The translations under genes and the position numbers were made by a program. From the IMG/VR virus record IMGVR_UViG_3300011754_000016, positions 1-64,000 of that record: a stretch of DNA of 64,000 nucleotides; one strand, written 5' to 3'. How positions within the stretch are numbered: position 1 is the first letter of the stretch; each line of letters opens with the position of its first letter. Origin of the DNA: an uncultured virus (IMG/VR IMGVR_UViG_3300011754_000016). Its lineage: Duplodnaviria > Heunggongvirae > Uroviricota > Caudoviricetes. The notes beneath the pieces are model-generated. The model did not search any database. It saw only the letters and a list, made by a program, of their open reading frames with translations, and was not told the DNA's origin. This document shows positions 63,284-64,000 of the stretch, piece after piece.

Positions 63284-63451
63284 CTAGCCCTCCACTAATT
63301 CACCAATCAAAACAGAGGTCATTACACCCAAGCCAAACGCCCAGCTATTAAGCCCCGTGACAACAAGCGCAAAAAGATTCACTAAGAACCAAAACACCAA
63401 GAACGGTTGCCAATAGCGCGAGTTACTAAAATTATTTAATAGATTCATCAT
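63284..63451 (-). CDS. Small membrane protein (55 aa)
   Basis: Hydrophobic ORF filling the gap, coupled to the upstream gene. Confidence 0.45.
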   Translation of the reverse strand: MMNLLNNFSNSRYWQPFLVFWFLVNLFALVVTGLNSWAFGLGVMTSVLIGELVEG

Positions 63452-63987
63452 TGCACCGCCGCCTTACCTTTACTGCCAAACTGCTCAAAAAAGGCGTCAA
63501 TCTTGGCGTTAAATGGGCTGTTTGGTTGGACTGGCGTGTGTGAGTAGCTCAGTTGGCGCTCTTTCGGTAGTGCAAACTGAGCGCCGCTGGCGTGCTCACT
63601 ACAGACCTTGGGGTAATGCTGTTGCCAAGACTTGTAAGTCACGCTTTCCGATTTGGATTTCAAATCCCAAAACCCAACGCGGCGGGCAGTCTCATAAATC
63701 ACCGCATGGGCGCTGTAGTTGCTGTTGGCAGCGTCAAGGTAGGCTTGGCGCATATCAGGGTAGTTGTTAATTAATTCGCCTCTGATCACGTTGATAAAAT
63801 CCGTTGCGGTCGTCGGTGGCCAGCCGTTTAACTCTCTTGCAAAGCAAGCTTTAGTTGTTCCCTCAATCAGCTCTTTTTCTGTGATGGCAAATTCATTCAA
63901 TACTGACGTCCAAAGCAAGATATTGGTCAGCCCCCATTCCTCATCTTTCATTTTTGATTTAAAGTAAATCTTCCACTTAGCGAACAT
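63448..63987 (-). CDS. Lambda P-like replication protein (helicase loader); N-terminus may lie outside the window
   Basis: WPPT..DF, PDMRQAY..A..YSAHAVIYETARRVGFWDL. Confidence 0.6.
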   Translation of the reverse strand: MFAKWKIYFKSKMKDEEWGLTNILLWTSVLNEFAITEKELIEGTTKACFARELNGWPPTTATDFINVIRGELINNYPDMRQAYLDAANSNYSAHAVIYETARRVGFWDLKSKSESVTYKSWQQHYPKVCSEHASGAQFALPKERQLSYSHTPVQPNSPFNAKIDAFFEQFGSKGKAAVQ

Positions 63988-64000
63988 TTCAGCGACCTGG

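Larger units (their letters stand above)
7055..64000 (-). mobile_element. Integrated myovirus prophage with a P1-like virion module (right part outside the window)
   Basis: Terminase, portal, capsid, sheath, baseplate, tail fibre, lysis and early genes, nearly all on the minus strand; bounded on the left by the att core. Confidence 0.9.

Overview
The window looks Moraxellaceae-like (Moraxella/Psychrobacter type; this is inferred). It holds two mobile elements in tandem, joined at an 18-bp copy of the tmRNA (ssrA) 3' end at 7055-7072. (1) Bases 1-7072 are a P4/PICI-like phage satellite, cut off at the left edge. It carries a tyrosine integrase, hicAB, alpA, an ash-like gene with a C4-type antisense RNA, and a DUF3987 replication protein. 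(2) Bases 7055-64000 are most of an integrated myovirus prophage, cut off at the right edge. Its virion module resembles phage P1 (capsid, portal, protease, sheath, tube, baseplate, Hdf/DarA/DdrB-like internal proteins), while its early region is lambdoid in style. Main highlights: an anti-CRISPR island (AcrVA2 and Aca2 homologues, unknown acidic ORFs, clear operators); a gp49/66 (Acb4-type) sponge fusion protein; a mini-intein in the terminase P-loop; ten precisely spaced late promoters sharing a GGAAC core with a pac-like repeat cluster in the small terminase gene; an F-D-[S/A/G] motif shared by head proteins; a C5 methyltransferase split by a stop codon that is silent in an overlapping frame; and the same pseudoknotted 5'-leader RNA architecture in both elements. 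All family assignments come from recognising motifs by eye; no database searches were run.
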